Of a stretch of 64,000 bases of DNA, positions 27,687-37,993 are shown piece by piece. A program made the position numbers and the translations under genes. The notes below the pieces were generated by a model, which had not been told where the DNA came from, did not search any database, and was given only the letters and a program-made list of their open reading frames with translations. Source of the stretch: Bdellovibrionota bacterium (GTDB lineage: Bacteria > Bdellovibrionota_C > UBA2361 > JBGSMV01); assembly GCA_044356455.1 (NCBI GenBank), contig JBIKWF010000005.1, positions 21,565-85,564 on the forward strand, in the 5' to 3' direction. How positions within the stretch are numbered: the stretch's first letter is position 1; each line of letters begins with the position of its first letter.

Positions 27687-28997
27687 CTAGTCCCTCGTAT
27701 TGTTTCGAGGGATAGCAGTTCCATGAGGGTCAGCTTCAACTCCAACTTCCCGCGCAATTTCTTGATGAAGTGAGGGAGAGAGGTAATGTTCTATGCGGTC
27801 GGAAGGTTCGTGGAGATGATCCAGGGGCAGTTTGAGCGATTTATCAAGGTATGCCTCCCATAACCGATGTCCGCGGACTACATGTTCAGCACTCTGGCGT
27901 CCGTGAGAGGTGAGTTTCCAAAGCCTAGAATTTTGCGGAGTGATTTGCTTGGCAAGACGGAGCTTGAGGAGCGCGATGCCAAGTAACAAAGAAGAGGGTG
28001 AGAAAGGCAAGATTTGAGCAATCTCGGCTTTGGTCAACGCTGCCCCACGTGCGCTACGCTCCTCAGCGCGGTACAGCACCCCCAAAATATCCTCTTCTTG
28101 AGTCTGAATGCTAAAGCGCAGGCGGCGGGAGAGCGAGGCGCAAATTCCGTATGAGGGAGAGAGTAGGGCGGCCACGCCCCATTGCATGAAGGCTACCACG
28201 CTAATCATGCCGGCGACGGAAGTATTCAGATGCACAGCTCCCAAGTATCCAAGGAGAGCAGAGGAAACAGCAACAGCTACCGCAATTCCAAGAAAGGTAG
28301 GCAAGCGATCGGTAAGTAGATGGGCAGTCGCTGCTGGGGCAACGAGTAGCGTAACGACTAAGATTGATCCGACCGCTTCAAAAGAAGCAACGACTGTCGC
28401 TGAGACGACGACTAAAAGACCTGTGGTCACAAGGCTCGCAGAAAAACCAAGGGCTGAGGCAAGAGGCGAGTCAAAAGCAACAAGCACCAGTTCCTTATAG
28501 AACAGGATGAGTAACGTTAAATTCAACACGAATACGCAGCCGAGAACGAGGAGCGCACGGGGAATCTCAATTCCCCAAAGACGTGTGGTATCAAAAGGAA
28601 CAAATTCAAGAGCACCGTAGAGTACGCAGCCAGGATCTAGATCTACATTTCGAGCAGTGAGCGAAATAAGCATAACGCCAATGGCGAAAAGGGAAGTGAA
28701 GACCACCCCAAGTGCCGCATCCTCAGGGATTCTTCCCCATTTCCGAATTCCCGTACTAAGCAGTGCAGTAGTAAGCCCAGCGCCTAGCGCGCCTAAGAAC
28801 ATGGGCCCAATCGAGCGCGTGCCAGAGAAAAGAAACGCTAACGCAATTCCAGGTAAGATAGCGTGTGAGAGCGCATCTCCAAGCAGCGACATGCGCCTAA
28901 GATACAAAAAACACCCGGGAAGCGCGCAGGCCGCAGCGCAGACGGCAGCAGTAGCCATCGTCCAATAGTCTTCAGGAGTCAGATCGAAAGAGCTCAC
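27687..28997 (-). CDS. Mn/Zn ABC permease (TroD/MntD) fused to a DtxR-type metal-binding/dimerisation domain
   Basis: LLGDALSHAILPG, FEAVGSILVV; C-terminal HRLWEAYL...HEPSDRIEH; GTG start at 28997 overlaps the upstream TGA. Confidence 0.88.
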   Translation of the reverse strand: MSSFDLTPEDYWTMATAAVCAAACALPGCFLYLRRMSLLGDALSHAILPGIALAFLFSGTRSIGPMFLGALGAGLTTALLSTGIRKWGRIPEDAALGVVFTSLFAIGVMLISLTARNVDLDPGCVLYGALEFVPFDTTRLWGIEIPRALLVLGCVFVLNLTLLILFYKELVLVAFDSPLASALGFSASLVTTGLLVVVSATVVASFEAVGSILVVTLLVAPAATAHLLTDRLPTFLGIAVAVAVSSALLGYLGAVHLNTSVAGMISVVAFMQWGVAALLSPSYGICASLSRRLRFSIQTQEEDILGVLYRAEERSARGAALTKAEIAQILPFSPSSLLLGIALLKLRLAKQITPQNSRLWKLTSHGRQSAEHVVRGHRLWEAYLDKSLKLPLDHLHEPSDRIEHYLSPSLHQEIAREVGVEADPHGTAIPRNNTRD

Positions 28998-29941
28998 GCA
29001 GGCAATTCCTTCTTTCTTAGGCTCGCGCGAAAAGCGCGCTGTTTCCACCAATCGCTCAGAATGCCGCGCCTGGGCGAGATGAAGAGTGAGAGGAAGAAAA
29101 GCGCGGAGGCCACGAGCGTGATAAGCGGGCCTGTGGGCCATCCTCGACTCAGGCTTCCCTCGGGTGTGGGAAGCACGGTGCTAAGAAGCGTACCAACAAA
29201 AGCAGATATGCCGCCAAGAGCGCCCGCAAGTTGCACCATGACCGTTACGCTATCAGTCCAAAGGCGAGCGGTTAGACCGGGAATGATGAGCAACGATACA
29301 ATAAGAACCGCTCCCACCGCAGGAAGGCCTACGACAGAGCTTAGGGTTACTAGTGCCATCAGAAAGAGGTCCAGCCCAAAGACCGGCCAGCCAATTCCCG
29401 CGGCGAAGTTTCGATCAAAGCAGAGCAAGGTGAGCTCTTTGAAGAAGAGCACCAGTAGAATAAGGATGAGGGTGCTCGTAACCAGTATCCAGGTAAGATC
29501 AGAGCCAACGAGACTCGCCGCCTTGCCAAATATGAAACTATCCAACCCCGCACGATTACCGGCTGGGTTATTCTGAATGATGCGGGAGAGGACAATCCCA
29601 AAGCCAAAGAATCCTCCGATAACAAGCGCCGTAGCGGCGTCTTCTTTGATGCGGGTGTATGTTCTCATCAGAGTAATGGTGCCCGCGGCAACGAGCCCAA
29701 GTACGAAGGCGCCTAGAAGCAAGGCGCCGAAATTGCGCTCACCGACTATCATAAAGGCAAGACAGACGCCGGGGAGGGATGCGTGTGAAACTGCATCACT
29801 CACCAGGGCTCGCTTTCGAAGAATCGTGAAACAGCCGAGAGCGCCGCACGTTATTCCGAGCAGCGCGCAGCCTAGAGCTACCGTACGGAAAGAAGCGTCA
29901 CCGAAGGTGCGGAGGATTAGCTCAGTTAAAGGTTCAGCCAT
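28994..29941 (-). CDS. Mn/Zn ABC permease (TroC/MntC)
   Basis: [34 protein letters not shown]. Confidence 0.9.
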   Translation of the reverse strand: MAEPLTELILRTFGDASFRTVALGCALLGITCGALGCFTILRKRALVSDAVSHASLPGVCLAFMIVGERNFGALLLGAFVLGLVAAGTITLMRTYTRIKEDAATALVIGGFFGFGIVLSRIIQNNPAGNRAGLDSFIFGKAASLVGSDLTWILVTSTLILILLVLFFKELTLLCFDRNFAAGIGWPVFGLDLFLMALVTLSSVVGLPAVGAVLIVSLLIIPGLTARLWTDSVTVMVQLAGALGGISAFVGTLLSTVLPTPEGSLSRGWPTGPLITLVASALFFLSLFISPRRGILSDWWKQRAFRASLRKKELPA

Positions 29942-30686
29942 GGCGCAGGGCCTCTCCCACGCGATCTAGAATGGTCAGGCGACCTCCGTAGGTTGCCTGT
30001 AGGTTTTGAGACGTAAAGACTTCGGAGGTGGGGCCGGCCGCAATAAGATGGACGTTAAGGAGTACGGTCCAGTCAAAATATTGAGTGACTGACTGCAAAT
30101 CATGATGAACCGCGACAATAGTTTTCTGGTCGCTGCGGAGTTGCTGCAACACTGCAAAAATAGCCTGCTCAGTAGCGGCGTCAACTCCTGCGAACGGCTC
30201 GTCCATAAGGTAGAGGGAGGCATTTTGAGCGAGTGCCCTCGCAAGAAAAATGCGTTGCTGTTGCCCCCCCGATAATTGGCTAATTTGCCGTTTCCCAAAA
30301 TCCTGCATGCCGACAAGTTCAAGGCAGCGGAGGGCTTCCTGCGTGTCCGCTTTTGAGGGTCTGCGAATCCAGCCTAGTTTCCCGTAGCGCCCCATGAGGA
30401 CCACTTCAAAGGCGCTTATCGGAAAATCCCAATCTACGCTTTCACGCTGGGGCACGTAGCCCACGCCTCCGCGAATCGCACCCAGAGGCTTGCCAAAGAC
30501 GGCGATTTCTCCTGACATGCGTGGAACTAGGTTTAATATAGATTTAAGGAGTGTGGATTTGCCGGCTCCATTGGGTCCTACCACTGCAACAAGAGTGCCT
30601 GCAGGAATAGAAACATCGACGTTCCAGAGGACGGGTTTACGCTGGTAGGCTACCGTTAAATCGTGAACTTCTATGGCGGTGGTCAT
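29934..30686 (-). CDS. Mn/Zn ABC ATP-binding protein (TroB/MntB)
   Basis: [39 protein letters not shown]; start MTTAIEV at 30686. Confidence 0.93.
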   Translation of the reverse strand: MTTAIEVHDLTVAYQRKPVLWNVDVSIPAGTLVAVVGPNGAGKSTLLKSILNLVPRMSGEIAVFGKPLGAIRGGVGYVPQRESVDWDFPISAFEVVLMGRYGKLGWIRRPSKADTQEALRCLELVGMQDFGKRQISQLSGGQQQRIFLARALAQNASLYLMDEPFAGVDAATEQAIFAVLQQLRSDQKTIVAVHHDLQSVTQYFDWTVLLNVHLIAAGPTSEVFTSQNLQATYGGRLTILDRVGEALRHG

Positions 30687-30768
30687 GGGAGCATATGCTG
30701 CCTTGAATGACCTGACTTCGTCAAAGTATCTTGCAGGAGAAGAGCGATTAAGCAGGATACTAAGAGCT

Positions 30769-31857
30769 ATGAAACCGAATCCCATTCTTCTCGGCCTTGT
30801 CACCGTCCTCCTGTGGGCGATGCCCTGCTTTGCCAAGCCAATTAAGCTTGGTGTGTCTGTTAAGCTTGGCGTGTCTGTGCCCCTCACGGGTCCAGCTGCC
30901 ACTTATGGGGTCGACATCAAGAATATATTGGTCTTCTTGAACGAGCGTCTCGAGAAAACTTCGCGCTTTGAGCTGATTATCGAAGACGACAAGTGTGACC
31001 CGAAAGAGGCCGTCAATGTTGCCCATAAATTCGTAGCCATAGATAAAGTAGATGCGGTGATAGGGATTCCCTGCAGTGGGACAGTGCTCGCGACTGCCCC
31101 AATTTATGAACGAACCCACGTCATCGCTGTCTCAGCCGGTGCGGGAGCCCCTTCTATCTCAAAGGCGGGCGACTATATTTTTCGTGCTCGGCCGTCGGAT
31201 CAGGGATCGGCAGAGCTCTTGGCTGAATTTATCTCGAAGCGTTCTCAGCGACTCGGGATGCTGGTAGAGCAAACGGAACTTGCTCAAGGGCTTGCGGACA
31301 GTTTCTCCGCTGCAGTTCAGGGAACCAAGGTTGTGCGCGAAAACTTCTTGCCCACTGATGTAGACGTGCACGCGCTCCTTCTTAAACTACGGGCAGCAAA
31401 AGTTGATTCTCTTTTAATATTTGCTCAAGCTGAAAGTCGTCTTGCGATAGCAGTCCAGAATTTTCGTTCCATGAACTGGGGAGTAAGCATTTACTCTTCC
31501 ATTTTCCCGGGTAGCCCGACCTTTCTTAAGCTTGTAGGCAAGAGCGCGGAAGGTATAATCTATTCCACGTTAGCCGACCGAAGCTTGCTTACCGCAGAGG
31601 GAGGTGAACTACTAAAGCAGTTTGAGGAAAGCCACGGTTCTTTGAACTCTGTGGACTATATATTTCCCGTGACGGTATCAGCCTTCACTTCCTTAGAGAA
31701 AGCTCTGCGCACTCCAGATCCTCAAAGGGAACTTTATAACGGACGATTTTCGGGGCCCTACGGTCCCTTCACCTTCAACAGTGATGGGGATATTGTCGGG
31801 ATGCGTTACGTTATGATGCGGGTAGTCAATGGGAAGGGAGTGCTTGAGGGCTCCTAG
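30769..31857 (+). CDS. LivK-like (branched-chain amino acid type) ABC substrate-binding protein, orphan
   Basis: Signal peptide, [32 protein letters not shown]; 18-bp duplication encoding KLGVSV twice. Confidence 0.85.
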   Translation: MKPNPILLGLVTVLLWAMPCFAKPIKLGVSVKLGVSVPLTGPAATYGVDIKNILVFLNERLEKTSRFELIIEDDKCDPKEAVNVAHKFVAIDKVDAVIGIPCSGTVLATAPIYERTHVIAVSAGAGAPSISKAGDYIFRARPSDQGSAELLAEFISKRSQRLGMLVEQTELAQGLADSFSAAVQGTKVVRENFLPTDVDVHALLLKLRAAKVDSLLIFAQAESRLAIAVQNFRSMNWGVSIYSSIFPGSPTFLKLVGKSAEGIIYSTLADRSLLTAEGGELLKQFEESHGSLNSVDYIFPVTVSAFTSLEKALRTPDPQRELYNGRFSGPYGPFTFNSDGDIVGMRYVMMRVVNGKGVLEGS

Positions 31858-32037
31858 CTCTTGTATGTCAAGGGCTCCCCTCGGGCCCGTGAGATATGAG
31901 TTTAAAATCGGCCATCTCGTCTCGGCGCCGCCATCGAGCTATAGAGTTGGGGTGCATGAATCTCGTCGCACTAATGTTGTCGCTCTCTCAACAACTTTTC
32001 ACGAATTCAACCGATAACCAGGTTGGAGACGTGGGTA

Positions 32038-32177
32038 ATGAGCAAACGCGACCTTTCAATAGTTTCAGTCGAGCAGTTGGAAAAATGCATCTACCTCATC
32101 CGGGGAGAGAAGGTGATGCTCGATGAAGACCTCGCTCGACTTTATCTAGTCCGCATAAAAGCTCTTGTTCAGACAAA
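32038..32177 (+). pseudogene. Truncated ORF6N-domain gene fragment
   Basis: IYLIRGEKVMLDEDLARLY..IKALVQ matches the ORF6N N-terminus; similarity stops at the AAAGTTGGGGTG motif (32178). Confidence 0.7.
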
Positions 32178-32392
32178 AAAGTTGGGGTGTAACAATCCGA
32201 GCCGCCCTTGCGGCGCTCGCAGGTGCGCGATGCGTAAAATCCGCCAGGACGGCGGATTTTAAGCACATGCTCATGGACCCGATAGGAATCCCGTGAGCAA
32301 TAAAGGCTAGTGCGTTTCCGAACTTCAAAGGGGTAGATCTTTTTAGATCCAAGTGACGGTATCTTCGGCTTTTGTAACCGGGATTATAATTT

Positions 32393-33661
32393 ATGACTAC
32401 GAGACCGTCTTTGCAGACACGATTGATAGTGGCCATTCTTAGCTTGCTGACAGGAGCTTCCGCTCAAGGCAATGCGTGGGCGATAGGTCCCCACGATTGC
32501 CGCACTTTTGTTCCAGAAAGCTCCCTGCAGTCGGATGACGAGTGGCGCGTTGCCCAGCCGAGATTCGAAGCTAAGGCGCGCCAAGAGCGAATCGATCCTT
32601 TGCCGCACTACTGCGCTGCCGTTGCGTATCACATATCGGGAGACGCAATGAGAGCGGTGCCGTTATATGAAGAAGCAGCAAAGTTGAGCCTCTCGAGAGA
32701 GCTTCACTCGAGCAGTGAGAGAGCATCATATCTTGTCGCTCTGGGAAAGGTGCGTCTAGATCTTCACCTAAATAGAGAGGCTATACAGGCATATGCTAAA
32801 GCAGTTGAGCTCAACCCAAAGATCATCCAAGCGTGGCTTGATCTCGGCTACCTCTATACTCTGGAGAAAGAACTTCGTCGAGCGAAAGATGCTTATTCTA
32901 AGTTGCTTGCGTTAGAGCCCGATAATTTAACAGGACTGGTCGAAAGTGCAGCTGTCGCGAGAGAATCCAAGCTTCTGAACGAGGCCCTAAGCTTCGCCAA
33001 GCATTCGGTCGAAAAGCATCCCAACGCATTTGAATCTCATGCCTCGCTTGGTAGCGTATATCTTGCAATGGCTGAAGAATCTCGCGAACTAAAGAATGTA
33101 GAGCTGGCGATGACTGCCTATACAACCGCGCGCCAGGTGAGCCGCGACAAAAAACAGTTCTCTGCTTCTATTAAAGCACTTGAAGATGTCGAGAGGGTTC
33201 GTGAGAAACTTCAGCCAAACCGTCCCGTCGATTTCGGCGTTAAGGGACTTTTGGGTCAGTGGCGCTCTGTCGGCGGGATAACTCGATACTTTATCTCGAA
33301 CGATGAATTCGCATTTACGGAATTGCTAACACCAATGCTGCGCCAAACAATATCGCTAAAGTTGAAACAATCGCTGCCAGAACAAGCCTGGTCTCCTGCG
33401 ACTCGATTTAAGATGGAATGCCAGAAATGCAATTCCAATCCACGAGCTGAACAGATTATGAAAGTTAATTACAACAAAGGATCGGAGGACATCAGGGTCT
33501 TCAAGCTTGGACCCGGGGGAAGGACTCTTTCAATGCAAGTTAATCTTCCATCAGGCGAGAGCGTGACAGAGTTACTTGTATACGTTGATGAAGCCACGCG
33601 TCCAGAAGCAAGTGGACTCTACATAGTAGGTCTGCCGATCAAGTCCGATAAAGTCCAATGA
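32393..33661 (+). CDS. Exported tetratricopeptide-repeat protein
   Basis: Signal peptide; AIQAYAKAVELNP, AWLDLGYLY, LLALEPDN, HASLGSVYL repeats. Confidence 0.82.
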   Translation: MTTRPSLQTRLIVAILSLLTGASAQGNAWAIGPHDCRTFVPESSLQSDDEWRVAQPRFEAKARQERIDPLPHYCAAVAYHISGDAMRAVPLYEEAAKLSLSRELHSSSERASYLVALGKVRLDLHLNREAIQAYAKAVELNPKIIQAWLDLGYLYTLEKELRRAKDAYSKLLALEPDNLTGLVESAAVARESKLLNEALSFAKHSVEKHPNAFESHASLGSVYLAMAEESRELKNVELAMTAYTTARQVSRDKKQFSASIKALEDVERVREKLQPNRPVDFGVKGLLGQWRSVGGITRYFISNDEFAFTELLTPMLRQTISLKLKQSLPEQAWSPATRFKMECQKCNSNPRAEQIMKVNYNKGSEDIRVFKLGPGGRTLSMQVNLPSGESVTELLVYVDEATRPEASGLYIVGLPIKSDKVQ

Positions 33662-33832
33662 GTTCGATTCTAAAATTTGCCAGTTTTTTTGCGCTGAATC
33701 TACCGCTCGGTTTTATGGCGATTTTCTGGTTGGAGTTTGTCTTTACGTGGGGTCTTCCTGGCGCGGCGGACACCGCATATTCGTGGCAATTGGTACGCCC
33801 CAACCTTGCACTAAGTTTGATGCCGGATTTGG

Positions 33833-33953
33833 TGCACCCCAACTTTCTGGGAATTACACCTTCAAGAAAATCAGACTCTTGCAACGAATTCTCGAAACTT
33901 CTTAAAGCAGAGTCATAGCTAAAGAGTTGGGGTGCATAAATCTCTTCGCACTA
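33833..33953. repeat. TGCACCCCAACT...AGTTGGGGTGCA inverted-repeat element; right part repeated at 31937-31973
   Basis: 12-bp inverted repeats at 33833 and 33925; 33917-33953 matches 31937-31973 at 34/37. Confidence 0.7.
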
Positions 33954-33988
33954 CGCTTTCACCGAGCACGGAGTATCCATGCTTTCCG

Positions 33989-34240
33989 CGTTCCGCCTCT
34001 GCCGGTAGGCGACGGCGCGACAAGCCCCGCGGTGCGGCAAAATCTTCCGTCCTGCCACGAGGCATGTATCTGTCCACCTGATTGATTGCATAACCACCGA
34101 CGTTCATGGATGCCCCGCGGCATTTGTTTCGGCACGCCGGGGCGCGCGTCGCGCCGTCGCCTACTGGCAGAGGCGGAACGGCGCGCCCTACCAAGATGCC
34201 GCAGGGCATCCATGGGCGGTTGCTAACCACAATCTGTGTG
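33989..34240. repeat. GTAG-type REP-like repeat cluster (inverted pair plus a partial copy)
   Basis: CGTTCCGCCTCTGCCGGTAGGCGACGGCGCGAC (33989) and its reverse complement ending CCCTAC (~34145-34191); homologous to 48599-48710. Confidence 0.75.
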
Positions 34241-34297
34241 GTGCAGTGACACATGCTACGTGCGAGAGACCTTGCGGCACCCTGAGAACAGCGCGCC

Positions 34298-35530
34298 CTA
34301 CCCAGTAACCCCAGGTAACTCAGACACTGACTTACCAGGCACTGACTTCTCCACCTCTCCCCAGCAAAGAGCGTACGCAAGAGCAATGCACCCAGCCGAG
34401 AGCCCGGCCAGGGCGAGTATTGCTACCTGCAGTCCCCCGCTATCGCTCCACCATCCCACCGGGATGATAAGTGCAGCGTAGAGCGCTCGCGAGAGTAGGC
34501 TCTGCACTGACAGGGTGGTCGCTCTTAGCCTTGAGTCGATGCTTGCATTGAGCTCCTGCGCAAACACCACCCCCGCCATTCCTCGTATCAATTGCTGGAA
34601 CAGAATCGCAGCCAGACCAGCGAGCGAGATGGAAGTGCCCATGACGAGAAAACTTCCAAGCAGCAGGCTGGTGATGCCAAGGACCGCGCATTTGGGTCCA
34701 ACTCGTCGCAGAACAGCCTCGGCATAGTGCGAGGCTCCCGCCGCGACGAGATTAAACAACCCGAAAAGAAGTCCAAACTCCTGAACTGCGATGCCAAGCT
34801 CGATAAAATATGGCTGATAGAGCCATAGTGCTGCCTGATTACAAGCAAGGATCACGGCAGGAAAAAGCATCATCCAGCGCGTGCTCTTCTGGCTTAGAAA
34901 CGCGCCCCGGATAACGCTTATTAGGTCCTGCCAGCTACCCTCGTGGGAACTCTTCTCTTGCCGTGGCGGTTCCTTAAGTCCGGAAGCTGCCAGCACCAGA
35001 ATTCCAATCCCGAGCAAAGTAAAGTAGAGCGGTGCGCGCAGGTCCGTAGCTCCAAGAAACCCACCAAGAATCGAGAAGGCGCCCCACGAGAAGAGCCCGA
35101 TAGCAGACGTTCTCCCCCACACGCGCGAGAACTCGCTCTCTCGGCCTAAGGCGCGCAGGCTATCATAGAGCAGTGCCTGGTCAGCTCCCGACGCAAAGCT
35201 AAATCCGACCGCAAGGAACATTTCCGCCAGCAAGAACTCAGAGAAAGAGTGCGCCTGCGTGTAGAGCATGGTCCCCACTGCAAGGCTTACGGCCGCGGAG
35301 CGGAGAATGACGCTTCGACCGAAGCGGTCAGCAAGATATCCGCTCGGCACTTCAAGCGCCGCGAGAGCTCCCGCAAAGAGAGCTTGCAGCAGCATGACAT
35401 CACTCATGGAAAAGCCGTTGGCCTTCCAGAGCAGCACAATCGTGGGGACATCAAATGCAAAGCTACCCATGAAAACTTTGAAGAGGGCACTTCGTGTGAT
35501 GTTCCCTCGTAACCTTTCTTCTTCGTTCAT
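34298..35530 (-). CDS. MFS transporter
   Basis: EVPSGYLADRFGR, SGADQALLYDSL, RATTLSVQSL; about 12 TM segments. Confidence 0.9.
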   Translation of the reverse strand: MNEEERLRGNITRSALFKVFMGSFAFDVPTIVLLWKANGFSMSDVMLLQALFAGALAALEVPSGYLADRFGRSVILRSAAVSLAVGTMLYTQAHSFSEFLLAEMFLAVGFSFASGADQALLYDSLRALGRESEFSRVWGRTSAIGLFSWGAFSILGGFLGATDLRAPLYFTLLGIGILVLAASGLKEPPRQEKSSHEGSWQDLISVIRGAFLSQKSTRWMMLFPAVILACNQAALWLYQPYFIELGIAVQEFGLLFGLFNLVAAGASHYAEAVLRRVGPKCAVLGITSLLLGSFLVMGTSISLAGLAAILFQQLIRGMAGVVFAQELNASIDSRLRATTLSVQSLLSRALYAALIIPVGWWSDSGGLQVAILALAGLSAGCIALAYALCWGEVEKSVPGKSVSELPGVTG

Positions 35531-35736
35531 TACGCCATCCTTTTCAGGGCGTGCGAGCTCCTTCGGTCCTTATTCCTCGGGAGTCTCGTTCTGCACCTGG
35601 TTCAATGAACGACTTGAAAAGGTATCGTGCGCCGAATAGCGGAGACGCATTTACTCGAAGAGGTTTATTTTCAATTGAGTTGACTGAATCAGTGGCAGGG
35701 GGCTGGCCTTACAGGCCTAAGAGCTTCTACCACTAT

Positions 35737-36174
35737 TCAATTGTTTGAGGAGGATTTTTCGGGGCTGCCCACTACGGTCTTAGGTCCCTTCGCTGCAAAA
35801 GTGGCGAGTACCACACCGCTTCTTGTCGCCACATGCGTAATGCGGCGGCTCACGCGACCGTCCACAGAGCGACCGTCCAGAGAGCGACCGCCAACAAGGC
35901 TAATTGAGCCTTGATATGAAGACATTCGTTGGGAAGAAGAAGCCCGAAATGATGAGGACCCAGAAGAAGGGGAGACCACTGAAGCAGAAGTGCATCCTAC
36001 GAGTCGCCCCATAAGCCTATTAGAGGCCCCATGGTCCGAAAAAAGCAAAGAGTCAGCCTCGAGGTCAAGTAGACCCAAAAGTTGATTCTTCTTTGAAGAG
36101 CTTCGGCGACTCATATAACTCAGTGGGAATGCGATTAAGAGCACGTAGTATAGCAAATAATTTGCTCCAACCAA
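35737..36174 (-). CDS. Possible Ser-rich hypothetical protein
   Basis: 145 aa ORF filling the gap; low complexity; no family recognised. Confidence 0.3.
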   Translation of the reverse strand: MVGANYLLYYVLLIAFPLSYMSRRSSSKKNQLLGLLDLEADSLLFSDHGASNRLMGRLVGCTSASVVSPSSGSSSFRASSSQRMSSYQGSISLVGGRSLDGRSVDGRVSRRITHVATRSGVVLATFAAKGPKTVVGSPEKSSSNN

Positions 36175-36292
36175 GAAAAAATTGCAGAGGGCGAGTGAAT
36201 TTAGGCAATTATACGGAGTTTTATGGCCGTTTCTGGGTCAGATCGGATTACAGAGTGCCGAGCCAAGGGAATAACTGCCAAGAGGTGCAGTT

Positions 36293-37705
36293 ATGGAGCC
36301 TCAGCAAACATCTGGATTTGGCGGAAAATCAGAAGCTTCCAAGCCTGCACCCAGTTCTGGCGTGTGCTCCCCGGGGGATGGGGTGGCGTTAAGCTGCTCG
36401 TCTCCTTCGGTCTTGCGCTTTCCTTTGTTAGGGATTGAAGCGGGCACTCGAGTGCCTAAAGAACCAGCCTCAAAAATTTCATTCGCTCATCACACTAATC
36501 TTTATCAGCCCTCTCAGATACGAGAGTTCACCTCAAACTTGACGCGCGAATGCCTGACAGAGTCATCCTTCCCGAGCGACCTTGCTTCGTGCGGCGTAGG
36601 TTTCGACCCGCTACGTCTTGCGCAGACACTCCACCGGGTCGATTTCTGGAGAGAGATACTAGAACTCTCGCTCTATAAGAGGTCACTTCGTGACCTTGTG
36701 ATAAAGGGTGAGGAAGGAATTAAGAACTTAGATGAGATAGATAACTTCTATGCCCGGGTGTCAGCAGAGGGAAGTGAGCTTTTGCTCAATCTTGCGCTCT
36801 CTGAGCTGTTCCACTTACCGTCTCGAGTCGCGGAGAAAAGGATTTCTCCGCTTGTGGCCGCGCAGTGCCGAGCGATTATGCGCGCCGCGGTGAGCGCTCT
36901 GCAGCGGGACTATCATTACAATACCGCGACTCAAAAATTTGAGGGACCTGATGGTTTGGAAGTAGATGTCGAAGCTCTTGTGCCGTTTCGCAGTCGCTAT
37001 AGTGCCGAGCGTAAGACCTTCGGAGGAGAGTCGCTTTCGCGAAATGAGCGAAAATTGTTGGCTGCTTATCGCGTGCTGGGACGCGAGATTGGAAGGCTCA
37101 AACTAGAAATTGCTCTTTTGCGAGCGGTGACGGAAGTCGAAGATCAAACGCCCACTCGTGCAGTTGATGCTGCTTTGGATAAAGTCGCGGGAGTAACGCA
37201 GCACCTAAGTGACATAGAGCCGAATCGTTTGGCGCTCAGATATTATTTACATCGGCGTGTCCGTTCGGGAATGCGCGATCTTCTTGCGGGGCTTGCCACG
37301 GTCGGCAGGACTGCAGGGACGGGAAAACTTTCAAGTGCCACTTGGGTAGCGCAGTCTGACCTTACGTGGACTCAGCGCCTTAAGCTCGGCTACTTGCATT
37401 TGCGTCACGGGCAACATGGAAGCCTTTTGACCAAGATTGCTGTGGGTCAAAGCCTGTTGATGGTCGGAGTGGGACTCACGCAATATTTGGGGCAGCATAT
37501 TCCGCAGCTACTTGAGACCGTGCGGGGGGCACCTGTTTTGGGGCAAGCCTTTCAATTTGCAGAGCAGCCCCTCACGAAAATCGGAGCAACGCTGATACTG
37601 CTTGGTGCTTTGGATCTCATTCCCAATGCCATCATTTCGTGGCAGAGCCGGAAGCTAAGTAAGTACCTAACGAACAAAGCAGAGATAGCAGAGAGCAAAA
37701 ATTGA
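36293..37705 (+). CDS. Orphan hypothetical protein with C-terminal TM helices
   Basis: 470 aa ORF with GAGG RBS; S/P-rich N-terminus. Confidence 0.7.
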   Translation: MEPQQTSGFGGKSEASKPAPSSGVCSPGDGVALSCSSPSVLRFPLLGIEAGTRVPKEPASKISFAHHTNLYQPSQIREFTSNLTRECLTESSFPSDLASCGVGFDPLRLAQTLHRVDFWREILELSLYKRSLRDLVIKGEEGIKNLDEIDNFYARVSAEGSELLLNLALSELFHLPSRVAEKRISPLVAAQCRAIMRAAVSALQRDYHYNTATQKFEGPDGLEVDVEALVPFRSRYSAERKTFGGESLSRNERKLLAAYRVLGREIGRLKLEIALLRAVTEVEDQTPTRAVDAALDKVAGVTQHLSDIEPNRLALRYYLHRRVRSGMRDLLAGLATVGRTAGTGKLSSATWVAQSDLTWTQRLKLGYLHLRHGQHGSLLTKIAVGQSLLMVGVGLTQYLGQHIPQLLETVRGAPVLGQAFQFAEQPLTKIGATLILLGALDLIPNAIISWQSRKLSKYLTNKAEIAESKN

Positions 37706-37902
37706 GATAGTGATGTTCTCGCAGAGCCTTCAGAGGTGAAAAAACACCGACCTATTTTGCTTCTTGAGAACCAGTCGCTCATGTTACCTCGGACGCTGCC
37801 AGTGAGGTCGAGGGGTGCCATGTACCTCCCATCGCCCCCCAACTCAGGTGCGCAATTTTGGTAAGGGCCTGATTTTACTGGCGTAAAATGTGCGCCAGAT
37901 CC

Positions 37903-37930
37903 TCAAAGCATACCTAAATACCTACGATCA
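37903..37930 (+). promoter_or_regulatory. Possible sigma-28-like promoter of the second flagellin
   Basis: CAAA-N15-TACGATCA, resembling TAAA-N15-GCCGATAA with mismatches. Confidence 0.25.
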
Positions 37931-37993
37931 TTAGAGGTGCAGAATTCTTTCACATGAGGTGAAGGAAGGTAGTCGACATCGGAAGTCTGTTTT

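Noticed and set aside
25115..27812. Diversity-generating retroelement TR/VR pair
   Set aside because: Mismatches are not adenine-specific: on the coding strand only 6 of 18 have A in the relic and 4 of 18 have A in the gene. No reverse transcriptase is present in the window.
33658..34481. ORFs 33658-33918, 33919-34386 and 33959-34213
   Set aside because: They run through inverted-repeat and REP-like DNA and overlap real genes.
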